From: Dictyostelium discoideum
Taxonomy: Eukaryota
NCBI GenBank assembly: GCA_000004695.1
Contig: CM000153.2
Location: forward strand, 5,312,001-5,376,000
Length of the DNA: 64,000 bases
Direction of reading: 5' to 3'
The notes below the pieces were generated by a model. It was given only the letters and a program-made list of their open reading frames with translations, did no database searches and had not been told where the DNA came from. Below are positions 1-10,868 of the stretch, one piece after another; positions within the stretch are counted from its first letter, which is position 1; the number at the start of each line of letters is the position of its first letter. A program made the position numbers and the translations under genes.

Positions 1-367
1 CATTTACTGATAAAACTAAGGCAATTTCAGCTGTGTACTCATTAACCATCCCATAACCCATATGTAGTGTTTTAATAACCAATAATATAATACGTCTTTC
101 ATTATCAATAATTTTTTCAGTTTCTGTCATTGAGTACTTATCAAGACCACTATTAAGGAAATGCATACCATTTAATCTAAATTGAATTGGCTTCCAACCT
201 GAAAATGGGAAAATACTTTCATCACCTGTAATCCACCATAGATCAGTCTCTGTATTATTAAATATCTTTGAATTTATTTCTTTATCTACATAATTTTTTT
301 TATTAAAAAATTGAATAAATGAATTGGCCACTTCATTTAGGTTTAAATTATTATTATTTTTATCCAT
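1..367 (-). CDS. NTF2/SnoaL-like small protein, paralog 1 of 3 (C-terminus cut by window start; ATG = complement of 365..367)
   Basis: rc translation [67 protein letters not shown]... is collinear with the 1189..1680 and 2330..2800 ORFs (FxQFFN, DQWWxSGDxNxYPF, GYDKYS motifs). Confidence 0.5.
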
Positions 368-809
368 TTTTTATATATATATATTTTATTAATTTTTTTT
401 TTTTTTTTTTATACAAACAAAAATAAAAATACAATACAAATTTAATTTTTTTTTTTTTATATCTAAAAATTCAAAAAAACAAAACAAAACAACATGAATA
501 CATTATGAATAACAAATAATTTATAATAATTAATATGTGTAAAAAGACAAAAATTTATGAACTTTTTTATTATTACAAATTTATAATATTAATATATTTA
601 TAGAAATATATTATTTACATACGTTAAATTAAATAATAGATATTACAAAAACAATTAGACTAAAAGTATTATATTTTATTAATTTTTTATGTATTTTTTT
701 TTTATTTTAAATAATAAAAGTTGTGTGGTGAATTTTAATTTTTTAGTTATTGGTTTTTTTATTAATCACTTTATAATTTATGAATATGAATTTTTAAGTT
801 TGTTTATAA

Positions 810-880
810 ATTAAATATGATATAGTTATTAAATACAACAACAAAATTAAATATGATATAGTTATTAAATACAACAGTAA
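810..880. repeat. Tandem duplication (2 x ~36 bp: attaaatatgatatagttattaaatacaaca..)
   Basis: Identical 31-bp core at 810..840 and 846..876, about 70-130 bp upstream of the tRNA gene. Confidence 0.8.
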
Positions 881-946
881 AAATTTAGTAATTTAAAACA
901 TTTCATTGAATCCTATTGTAGTAATAAAGTTATATATTTCATAAAG

Positions 947-1029
947 CCGGCTTTGGCGCAATGGTAGCGCGATTGACTGTAGTAACGAAAGTGATCAATC
1001 GGTTGCTAGTTCGAATCTGGCAAGCCGGA
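947..1029 (+). tRNA. tRNA-Tyr (anticodon GUA) with ~11-nt intron (about 984..994) 3' of the anticodon
   Basis: Acceptor stem CCGGCTT/AAGCCGG, D-arm GCGC-AATGGTA-GCGC (A-box TGGCGCAATGG), anticodon stem ATTGA/TCAAT with loop CTGTAGT (GTA), T-arm GCTAG-TTCGAAT-CTGGC (B-box), discriminator A, T6 terminator at 1031..1036. Confidence 0.85.
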
Positions 1030-1058
1030 CTTTTTTAAAACAAAAATAATATAGTCAC

Positions 1059-1072
1059 AGGTTCAATTCTCG
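1059..1072 (+). promoter_or_regulatory. External B-box (ex-B box) downstream of the tRNA gene
   Basis: aGGTTCAATTCTcg matches the B-box consensus GGTTCGANTCC and lies ~30 bp 3' of the tRNA, as is typical of Dictyostelium tRNA genes. Confidence 0.55.
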
Positions 1073-1188
1073 ATAAAAAATAACGATAATTCATATATGA
1101 ACCTATTAATTCCTTTAATAAACATTGATTAATATATAAAAAATTTAATTATTTTAAAAAAAATTTATTTGTTATTTAAATTGTTTTT

Positions 1189-1680
1189 TTAATCTCTTGA
1201 TGTTGGGGCAAAAGAATCTGGGAAAAAGTTTTTGAATATTCCTTGCAAAGATGGAGTACTTTGGGCCATTTTTAAATATGCACTTGGGTCAAAATATTCT
1301 TTAATTGCACAAATTTTACCATCTTCATTAACAGATATGATGAATGCATATTCATTAGAATATTCCTTTGTCATTCCGAATCCCATTGATACAGTTTTAC
1401 CAACAACTAACATAATTCTTCTTTCATGGTCAATAATTTGATCAATAAGAGTCATTGAATATTTGTCATAACCATTTTGAAGAGTTTGGAATCCATCTAA
1501 TCTTTTTTGAATAGAATCAGAACCAGCAAATGGGTAAACATTTTTATCACCAGATACCCACCATTGATCTGTTTCTGTGTTATTAAATAGTTTAGATTTA
1601 TTTTCATAATCTTTATTGTTAAAAAATTGAATAAATGCATTGGGAATTTCACATAGTGTTAGTTTTTTATTATTCTCCAT
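1189..1680 (-). CDS. NTF2/SnoaL-like small protein, paralog 2 of 3 (163 aa)
   Basis: Intact ORF; the C-terminal DGKICAIKEYFDPS-type motif is characteristic of the NTF2-like/SnoaL/ketosteroid-isomerase-like superfamily; family assignment is by eye only. Confidence 0.5.
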   Translation of the reverse strand: MENNKKLTLCEIPNAFIQFFNNKDYENKSKLFNNTETDQWWVSGDKNVYPFAGSDSIQKRLDGFQTLQNGYDKYSMTLIDQIIDHERRIMLVVGKTVSMGFGMTKEYSNEYAFIISVNEDGKICAIKEYFDPSAYLKMAQSTPSLQGIFKNFFPDSFAPTSRD

Positions 1681-2169
1681 TTTTTTTTATTTTAATTATT
1701 TCAATTTAGTTTCAATGAAAAAAAAAATAAAAAATTATAAACAATAAAAAAACTAGGTTATGCAAAAACAAATAAATTTAATTTAATTAATAATATTTAA
1801 TAAAAAATATTATTTTCTTATTATAAAAAATTATTAAAAAATAATATTTATAAAAATTTAAAATAAGTTTTTTTTATAATTAAAGATTTAAAAAATAAAT
1901 CTCTAATTAGGGGAATATTTATCTATTATTCAAAAAAAAAAAATTATTAATGTTTACTAATTAATTATAATATGCAATTTTAAAAAATTTGATTGTTGCA
2001 CCTAATTGTTTCATTATTTTTTCAGATCTATTAGGAAAAAGTTTATGGATTATTATAATTAAAAAAATAAATTATTATTTTATTTTTTCAAAAATTTGAA
2101 TTTTTATTGATATTTTTGGTAAAATAAATGATAGTGTTTGTTCATATAATAAAATGGAATATCAACATT

Positions 2170-2214
<45 letters not shown>

Positions 2215-2329
2215 GAGTTTATTTCCTAATACTTTTTTTTTTCCCACCGTCATAAATACCAATATAAAATAGTAGAATTTTATTATTTTTTTTAGACATT
2301 ATTTTAAAATATGATTTATTTTGTAAATA

Positions 2330-2800
2330 TTAAACTTTGTGATACAATTCTGTTAATTTTTTATTACTTAAAGAATACTTTAAAATTTCACTTGGATCAA
2401 AATATTCTTTAATTAAACAAATTTTTCCATCATTATTTACTGTTAAAAAGAAAGCATATTCATTTATGTAGATATTGTCTCCATAACCAACTGCACTTGT
2501 TCTTGCTTCCATAATTATTAAATTTTTTTCAATATTAAATGTTTTGTTTGATTCTGTAAATGAAAATTGATCATAACCATGAATTAATGGGATCATGTCG
2601 TTTAATCTTTTTTGAATTGGTTTCCAACCTGAAAATGGGTACATATTTTCATCTCCAGACATCCACCATTGGTCTGATTCTGGGTTATTAAAAATTTGGG
2701 ATATTAATTCTAAATTGTTAAATTCTCTATTATTAAAAAATTGAACAAATGAATCTGCAACTCTATTAAGTCTCAAAATGTTGTTTTCTTTACTTTCCAT
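2330..2800 (-). CDS. NTF2/SnoaL-like small protein, paralog 3 of 3 (156 aa)
   Basis: Intact ORF collinear with paralogs 1 and 2 ([48 protein letters not shown]). Confidence 0.5.
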   Translation of the reverse strand: MESKENNILRLNRVADSFVQFFNNREFNNLELISQIFNNPESDQWWMSGDENMYPFSGWKPIQKRLNDMIPLIHGYDQFSFTESNKTFNIEKNLIIMEARTSAVGYGDNIYINEYAFFLTVNNDGKICLIKEYFDPSEILKYSLSNKKLTELYHKV

Positions 2801-3240
2801 TTTATTTAAAAGTTTTTTATAAATTAATAAATTTCAATTGTTTTTATGCTTGTCTTTAATAAAAAAAAAAAAAAAAAAATTTCTGGTTAATTATGTTTAA
2901 AAATTTCTGTTTAATTATGTTTAAAAATATTTAAAGTTAATAAATTTCCATTAAAACAATTATTTTTAAAACAAAAATATACTACTAATTATTAATACTT
3001 TAAACTTCTATGGGGAGTTAATTTTTTTAAAAATTATTAATTATTACTTGTTTAAATATTAAATGATAACAGATGGAATGGTTTTTAATTTTTAAAATGT
3101 ACAAAATAATTAAAAACCAAAATAAGTAAATTTAATTTTCTGAATCTATTGGTAATATAAAGTTTTTTAAAAAATAAGTAATTATTAAACAAACGTTTCA
3201 AATATTTTTAAATTTTTAAATTTATATATTTATTTATTTA

Positions 3241-4431
3241 TCATTTATTATAATAATTATTTAGTGAGTTTATAAGCATTTCATTTGTAATTATATTTTC
3301 AATTGAATCAGATTTAGAACAATGATTTGATTCCGAAATTGATTTATTTGATAATAATAAAAGTTGTGAGAAAGAATTTTGATATCTTGTATATTCAATT
3401 TGAATTGGTAATAGCTTAATACAAGATTGGAAATTTGAAGATTGAATTAATGAAAACCATTCAATATATTCAACTTTTTCACAATTGAATTGTGATCCTA
3501 ATATATTATTAATATTCTCAATTTGTAATGGTTTTTCAACTCCAATATTGATAATATTAAAGCAACGATGTTGTTCTTGTATGTAGCTTTCAATATTAAT
3601 TAGACAATTTGAAATTGTTGTTGATAATGATGAAATTGGGGATGTTAAAAATGAGAATTCTATATTTGGATATGACTTGATTTCAATACATGATTGTAGA
3701 TATAATTGAACATAATCATTTGGATTTGAGAAAATTGAAGGGGTTCTTAATATAATTGTATTCAAATTGAATTTATCAGAAGCTTGTTTTAATAAATGTT
3801 CAGAGACTGCTTTAATTTGTAATGAACCATTTGAAAGTTGAGAAATTTTATCAACTGGTATTAAGGTTTCAAAATCTACAGTACTACTACTATTATTTCT
3901 ACCTAAATTAACATATAATGAAGATATCATTAAAATTTCTTTTATACCATTAGTGATTGAAAATTTAATAATTTCCTTTACAGTTTCGATTTTATATGAT
4001 TCATTTATATAGGTTGAATTTGTTGATTCTACTGCATCACTATCTTGATTAATAATTATTGAATTTACATTATTTGAAAGTATATTCAATTCATCAATTG
4101 GTAAACCAAAGTTATTCTTTGATGAATCACCAAAATAAACATGAATCTTTGAAATTTCAAATTCACTTAATTGTTCATAAAGTTTATATTGTTTAAAACT
4201 ATTTAAAATTTCATCATTTGAATTAATAGAATTAATTCTATCTTTTAATATATAATAAATATTTGAACAATTTGAATCTTTAACTAAATTAAATAATAAA
4301 TGAGTTCTTAAAATTCCAATTGAGCCAATTAATAAAATATTTTTGTTATTATTATCTAATTTTTGATGATGATTTTCATTGTTATTATTATTATTAATAT
4401 CTAATTTAATTTGATTCTCCCAAAATAGAAT
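3241..4431 (-). pseudogene. Detached 3' portion of the minus-strand PKS gene: C-terminal thioester-reductase (R, NAD-binding_4/SDR-type) release domain, separated from the ACP by a transposon insertion
   Basis: Reading frame open from 4431 to the stop at 3241; encodes ILFWENQIKLDINNNN..KNILLIGSIGILRTHLLFNL (TGxTGFLG-type Rossmann motif of terminal R domains). It joins in-frame to ...KYIAGGD at 7798 when the transposon plus one TSD copy is removed. Confidence 0.65.
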
Positions 4432-4436
4432 ATCAC

Positions 4437-4582
4437 TGTTGTAGGGAATTTTCCATAAAATTTCACTACAGTAGCGTAGTGAATTTTATTATTTAATTTC
4501 ACTACAGTAGCGTAGTGAAAAAAAAAAATCACTGACCTTAAATTTTTTTTTTTTTCAAAAAACAAATAAAGTTTATTAAATT
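4437..4582. repeat. Left terminal inverted repeat of the transposon (contains a twice-repeated near-palindromic TTCACTACAGTAGCGTAGTGAA motif)
   Basis: Reverse-complement match to 7652..7797 with only ~2 mismatches over 146 bp. Confidence 0.9.
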
Positions 4583-4639
4583 GAAATTTTATTTTTTGTT
4601 TTAATTATTATTTTATTTATTTTTATTATAATTATTGTT

Positions 4640-4672
<33 letters not shown>

Positions 4673-4813
4673 CAATTTTTTTTTTTTAAATTTTTTTCAA
4701 TTTTTATTTGTTTATTAAATTGTAATTTTATTTTTTGTTTTAATTATTATTTTATTTATTATTATTGTTAATTTTTTTTTTTTTTCAATTTTTTTTTTTT
4801 TAATTTATTTTTA

Positions 4814-6373
4814 TTAATTTATTTTTATTAACTCCCTGAGTTGTTCAATTGCTTGATTTACCATATCACTGTAAACACTGCACACAATTGAATTTTTTCT
4901 AGCTTTGTTACCTCTGGTGCATTTGATGTTTTTGCATTTTCCTTTGTATACAAAAAAGTCCAAATATAATTCGTTTTCTATTACAGTTTTTACACAATGT
5001 TGGTGAAATTGTTTTGATTTTAAGTGGAATGTTGGTAACATCATATTTGGATTTTTAACGATTAAAGCATCACCACTATTGACATATAGTACTTTGGGGG
5101 CTTTTTGGAGGAATTTAGTCAAATTTTCCTCTGAATCTAACTAATCTTCATTGCCATATTCAATGGATAAATTTTTTAAGAGTTGTATCGAATATATTAA
5201 TTAAGCGATCATTCTTTTTTTTTGAAATTTTTTTTTAATCAGATTTAGCAATTTTTTTTTTTTATCAAGTTTTTTCAATTTTTAATAAGTAATATTTTTT
5301 TTTATTTTTAATTATTTGTGTTAACAAATGTAATTTTTTTTTATTGATTTCAACACTTTGTTTTTATTTAATAATTTCCCCATACCCCCTTCTATTAATG
5401 CAACCAAATCAAGTTCTAATTTTTGTGTCCTTGTTGACTTTGTTTTTGCAACTTTTTTTGAAGGTATCACATTAACGATTTTTCCTATTGATGGTGATTT
5501 GGAAGGTGATTTAAATGGTGATTTAAATGGTGAATTGGAAGGTGATTTAAATGGTGAATTGGAAGGTGAAATGGATGGTGATTTGGAAGGTAATTTAAAT
5601 GGTGATTTGGAAGGTGATTTAAATGGTGATTTAAATGGTGAATTGGAAGGTGAAATGGATGTTGATTTGAGAGGTGATTTGGATGTTGATTTGAGAGGTG
5701 ATTTGGATGGTTTAGAATGTGATTTTAAAGGAGGTTTATTAACAATTGGTATCTTATGAGGACGGCCTCTGAGACGTTTAACAGTTGTTACTATACCACT
5801 ACCAGATTGTGGTATAGTATATGATGGTATTATTTGCACTTGAGGTATTGGTGGTACTATTTCTTTTAAATTCATATCCTTTCTCAAACAATTCATTAAA
5901 TTTGGCGCTGTTGGATTATTATTTAAAAATGGGAGTATTTCTTCTTGTTCCATTTCATTATTGAGTTTGTGTTGAAATGGATTATCGTTAATGATAGGTG
6001 GAATATTTGATGGATTGTTAAGAGCATCTTCCAAAACCCTAAATGGATCATTTTGTGTTACCAATTGATGCAAGTTGAAATTGGATAAATCCTTACCAAG
6101 ATTTTTAATAAACTGAACCAGAAATTCAATAACTTTCCCATCATTATTTAAATAAAGACCAGAAGTAAAAGAATCAATATCTTTTTGTATGTTTGGCGAT
6201 GTTCTAAAAATATCAACTGTTGATTGTTTATAAAGAACCAACTTGTTACCTCCTACAAAACCAGAGTATAAACCTTTTTTTTGAAGGCTATTGATTCCAT
6301 CTTCCAAAAATTCAAGTTTATAAAGTTGTTTAGTGTCTTCCTGTATTACCTTATGAATTTTACACAAAATCAA
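4814..6373 (-). CDS. Additional transposon-internal ORFs (350 aa with RGRP AT-hook and SPxK repeats; 102 aa Cys-rich)
   Basis: ORFs 5321..6373 and 4814..5122 lie on the same strand as the integrase fragments inside the TIR-bounded element; function unknown. Confidence 0.35.
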
Positions 6374-6443
6374 TATTTTCTATTAGAATTAAATATAAAA
6401 TTTGTTAATTATTACTGTTTCATATATTATTAATCTTTATGTT

Positions 6444-7287
6444 TTAATTACTTACATTATTTTTTTTAATTTCTAGAAAGAGTACAGTATCACCAACTTT
6501 CAATCCCTTTGGTGGTTTTGAATTCCATTGATTTTGGTAACTTGTGAGATTTTCAAGAATAATAGCTGTTATTTCTTCTTTTGAAACATCTGAAACACCA
6601 ATTGATTGAGAGTCTTGTTCTGATTGCACATTAATAAACAAAGGTACAATACCAACAGCTTGAGATGGTGTCATTTTAATTGTTCTTGTTTTTGTATTAT
6701 TGTAATCATACAAAGCTTGTTTTAATAGTTCAGAAAGAGACCTAGAAGTACCATCAAGAAAACTAAAATTTATTTATAAATGATTAATTAATAAACATAT
6801 CGATAATTTATATTGTTCAAAATATCATACTCTTGTTGTTTTAATTTTGAGATCCTCTCCTTGATAGTTCGATTCAATCTTTCTACCATACCTTGAGTTG
6901 TTGGTGTACGAGGAGCTCCATGTGCTGACTTGGAGCCTGGAAAAAGTTTTAGGAATTCTTTTTGGACTTTGTTTTTAAATTCACGTCCATTATCGCAGTG
7001 CCATACTTTCACAGAGTTTTAATATAAAAGTTACAAAACATCATATAAAAAATGATTGATACCAAACCTTTTATTCTATTTCGTTGGCAAATGTCACACG
7101 TATCTACTGCATCAGATACAAAAGAATACAATCCCATATTATAATATTTAGTCTTGTAGTTCCCATAGGTTGCATCTCTTCCTATATGACCTTTATGCAT
7201 TTCTTCCCAGAGTGATACCATTCTATAATCATTAATTACTTCTAAACACACTTCTTTTGATATATTTCTATCTCCGCCACAATTCAT
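6444..7287 (-). pseudogene. Transposon integrase-like ORF fragments (HHCC zinc finger, DDE core second Asp and Glu, C-terminal part) split over three frames
   Basis: 7287..7009 has HKGH...CDICQRN (HHCC). 7012..6788 has WHCDNGREF...HGAPRTPTTQGMVERLNRTIKE (second D and E of DD35E). No first catalytic Asp block is found between them, so the copy is probably deleted or degenerate. Confidence 0.7.
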
Positions 7288-7651
7288 GACTTTTTTTTCA
7301 ATTCTAAATAATTTTTCTTTTCTGTTTCTGTTTTTTATTGGTCAGAATTTAAAAAATGATTGTGTTATGGTAAGGAAAAATATTTACTCATCATGTAAAA
7401 ATTTATAATTTTTATGTTTAGTATTTTCAAAATTATTATCTTCAATAAATTTTAAATAATTTATCTTGTTTCATTTTGGGAAAATGAAAATAAAAAAAAA
7501 AAAAAAAAAAAAAAAAGTTTTGTTGGGGAAAAAAAAAAAAAATTTTGGCGCAAAAAAAAAAAAAAAAAATAAAATAAAAAAAAAAAAAAATAAAATAAAA
7601 AAAAAAAAATAAAAAAACTTAAATAGAACTAATAATCAAATAAAAGATAAT

Positions 7652-7797
7652 AATTTAATAAACTTTATTTGTTTTTTGAAAAAAAAAAAAATTTAGGGTC
7701 AGTGATTTTTTTTTTTCACTACGCTACTGTAGTGAAATTAAATAATAAAATTCACTACGCTACTGTAGTGAAATTTTATTGAAAATTCCCTACAACA
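7652..7797. repeat. Right terminal inverted repeat of the transposon
   Basis: Reverse complement of 4437..4582. Confidence 0.9.
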
Positions 7798-10700
7798 ATC
7801 ACCACCTGCAATATATTTATATTCAGTTTTATCATTTGGATCATTTTTTGTTGTTGTTGTTGTTTTTGCTGTTATTGGTAATAATTTTTCATCCATTTCT
7901 TTTTTCTTTTTATCTAATGAATCATTTATAATTTGATAAACCATACCAATTGAATTTGATTGAATTTGTTGAATTGTAATAAGATGTGGAGACCATTCTT
8001 TATCGACCCAATTCTTTAATTGTACTGTAATTAATGAATCAGCACCATAGTTTATCATTTTAATATTTGTATTAATTTTTGATGGATCAATTGAAAGAAG
8101 TTCAGAAACTTTGTTTAAAAATTTATTTTTTACATTTGTTGATGATGATGATTGATTGGTATCATTTTCCATTGATATTGAATTATCAACATTAATTGGA
8201 TTTAAAATGAAATCAAATTTTTGATGAAGTTTTTGTTTAAAACTTTTGAATAATGGCCAATTGAAATTATTAACAAATGCATTGGTTGGCATATTTGGAT
8301 TTTGAATTTGTAAATCTAAAGTACCCAATAATTGATTTGGTGATATTAATTCAACACCTTGACCACCTAGTACTGCTTCAACAAGTTTATGTCTTGAAAG
8401 ATAACCTCTATCACTTACACCACCAATGTTAATTGTAAATGATGGTAATCCAATTGATTTACGATATTGTGATAACGAATCCACTACACAACATGCTGAA
8501 ACATAACTACATTGATCAAATGAACCTAATACTGAAACTACTGATGATGCTAAAATGAAATTAATAATTTTCCAATCTCTTTTAATTGATAAATTATGTA
8601 AATTAACTGCACCAAACGTTTTTGCACTATGCGAAACATTTAAACTATTCATATCAATATCTTTAAGTTTTTTATTAATTTGTAAAGCTGCAAAATGAAA
8701 TATTGAATCAATATTTGTAATTGTTGGATTATCTTTTAAAACTTGATCAATTGTTTTATTAATTAAATTCCAATTACTAATATCACATTTTTTGAAATGA
8801 TATTTAATTTTATTGTTATTATTATTATTATTATTGTTGTTGTTATAATTCATTAAAAATTCTAATTCCCATTTTAATGATGATTTTGAAAGAATAATTA
8901 TATTTTCAACAGTTGAATTATATTTTGTTATCCATTTTAAAACTTCTAAAATTAAACCAGTTTGACCTGTAACCAATACATTTTTACCAAGATTTTTAAT
9001 TTTATAATCTGATTTTAATATTGAATAATCAATCATTGATTCTTTTTCAATTAATTTATCTATGATATCAGTATCATGTGAAATTACAATTTTACCAACA
9101 TGTTTTCTTTCTTTAATTGATTCAATTGATTTTTTAATATTTGAATTTGAAAATTCTGTAATTGGTATTAAAGCATTTAAAGTTTCATTTTCAATTGATT
9201 TTGAAATTGACTGTAATAATTTCTTAATTGTTGATTTTCCAACTTTTAAAATTTCAATACTATTATAACCAATATTATATCTATATCTACTATTATCAAT
9301 AAATTCATTTGGATTTAAATGAGTAGTTGTTAAATCTACAATTCTACCTTTTGGATTTAAACATTTAAAATTTGTATCCATAAATTCACTTGATAAAGTA
9401 TTAATAATTAAATCAACACCATGAGTTTCATAACCTAATTCAATTAATTTGTTTTTAATTTGTTTTTGATAATTTGTGTCTCTTGTTGAATAAATTCCAG
9501 TAATTAAATCACCATAGGTATTAATTAGATATTGTTTCTTTTCTTCTGATCCAACTGTAACAAATATTGGTGATGAATGATTATTTGATTTTAATATTTC
9601 CAATCCTGATAATCCAACACCACCAGATCCTGAATGAATTAATACTGATTCTTCATCTCTTAAATTACCAACATCATATAAACAATAAAGTGATGTTGAA
9701 TAAACTGCTGGAATTGAAGCTGCTTGAACATGTGTAATCTTTGATGGTTTATGACATGCTAATAATGAATCAATAATAATATGAGATGATGATGTTTCAT
9801 ATGCAATACCATAAACTTGATCACCAACTTTAAATTCTTTAGATGATTTAATTCCAACACGACTTACTACACCAGAAAAATCAAAACCAATACCAGCTTC
9901 ATTTACTTTTATCATTTCATTATATTTCAAATAATCTTTATAATTTATACCAGTTGCTTTAACTTTTACTTCAATTTCATATGGTTCTAAATCAATTTGT
10001 TTTGAATTTAATTGATATTCAAAATGTTCATCTAATTTTGAAACTAATTGATCTTGTTGTTTTGATAAATCATGATATGATTCAGATTTATAAGAATTCT
10101 TTAAATTTTTTAATTCTTTTTTATACATTTCAAAATAAACAGTACCACTATTTTTTATATAAAATTCTCTTTGAATATTATTTTTTGGATTAATTAAATA
10201 ATCAATGGTTTTGAATAAATCCAAATCATTTGTTAATGAATCTTTATCAAAATCCAATGTAAATAATTGTAAAGTTGGAATTTCATCAAAGTATCTTGCT
10301 GCACCTAAAACTGATGATGATAAATAATTACTTGATTGTGAATCACATGTAATTAAAACATGAGTACATTTTGATTTTAATTCATATAATTTTTGATTAA
10401 TTTGAACATATTCAAATGTTACTGATTTAAAGTTTTCCAATGTTAATTGTTCAATTGATTTAATAAAATAAATGATTGAATTATTTGTAATTGTTGTTGA
10501 TAATTTGTAAAATTCTTCAATTGTTGATACTTTTATTATTTTACAATTATTATAATGATTTTCAAATTTATTAATTAATTGTTGTTGTTGGAGTTGTTCA
10601 TCTTGATAACAATATAAAATTACTTGATCAAATGTGTTTATTGTTTTTGGTTGTAATTTTAATGATGGTTTTTGAGCTTGAATAATAATTGATTTAATAT

Positions 10701-10803
10701 CACTATCAGATATACTTGAAGATTTAATCATTATATCAGAATTGAAATTACAATTAACCAATAAGTTTTTCAATGATTCTTTATTATTTTCATTATTTAA
10801 TAG

Positions 10804-10868
<65 letters not shown>

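Larger units (their letters stand above)
4437..7797 (-). mobile_element. Tdd-4-like DNA transposon (3361 bp) with 146-bp terminal inverted repeats and 5-bp TSD ATCAC (4432..4436 and 7798..7802); probably an internally deleted copy
   Basis: Left end 4437..4582 is the near-perfect reverse complement of right end 7652..7797, both starting TGTTGTAGGG. Flanking direct ATCAC copies. Internal minus-strand ORFs carry integrase HHCC and D..E motifs. Confidence 0.8.

Noticed and set aside
1232-1441. 69-aa plus-strand ORF inside the 1189..1680 gene
   Set aside because: Antisense overlap with a conserved paralog family member on the minus strand.
4437-7797. Could the 3.36-kb interruption of the PKS be a long intron or an LTR retrotransposon (Skipper/DGLT-A), given the integrase motifs?
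   Set aside because: There are no GT..AG boundaries. The termini are 146-bp inverted repeats, not direct repeats, with a 5-bp target duplication. The size and structure fit a DNA transposon of the Tdd-4 type that carries an integrase-like transposase.
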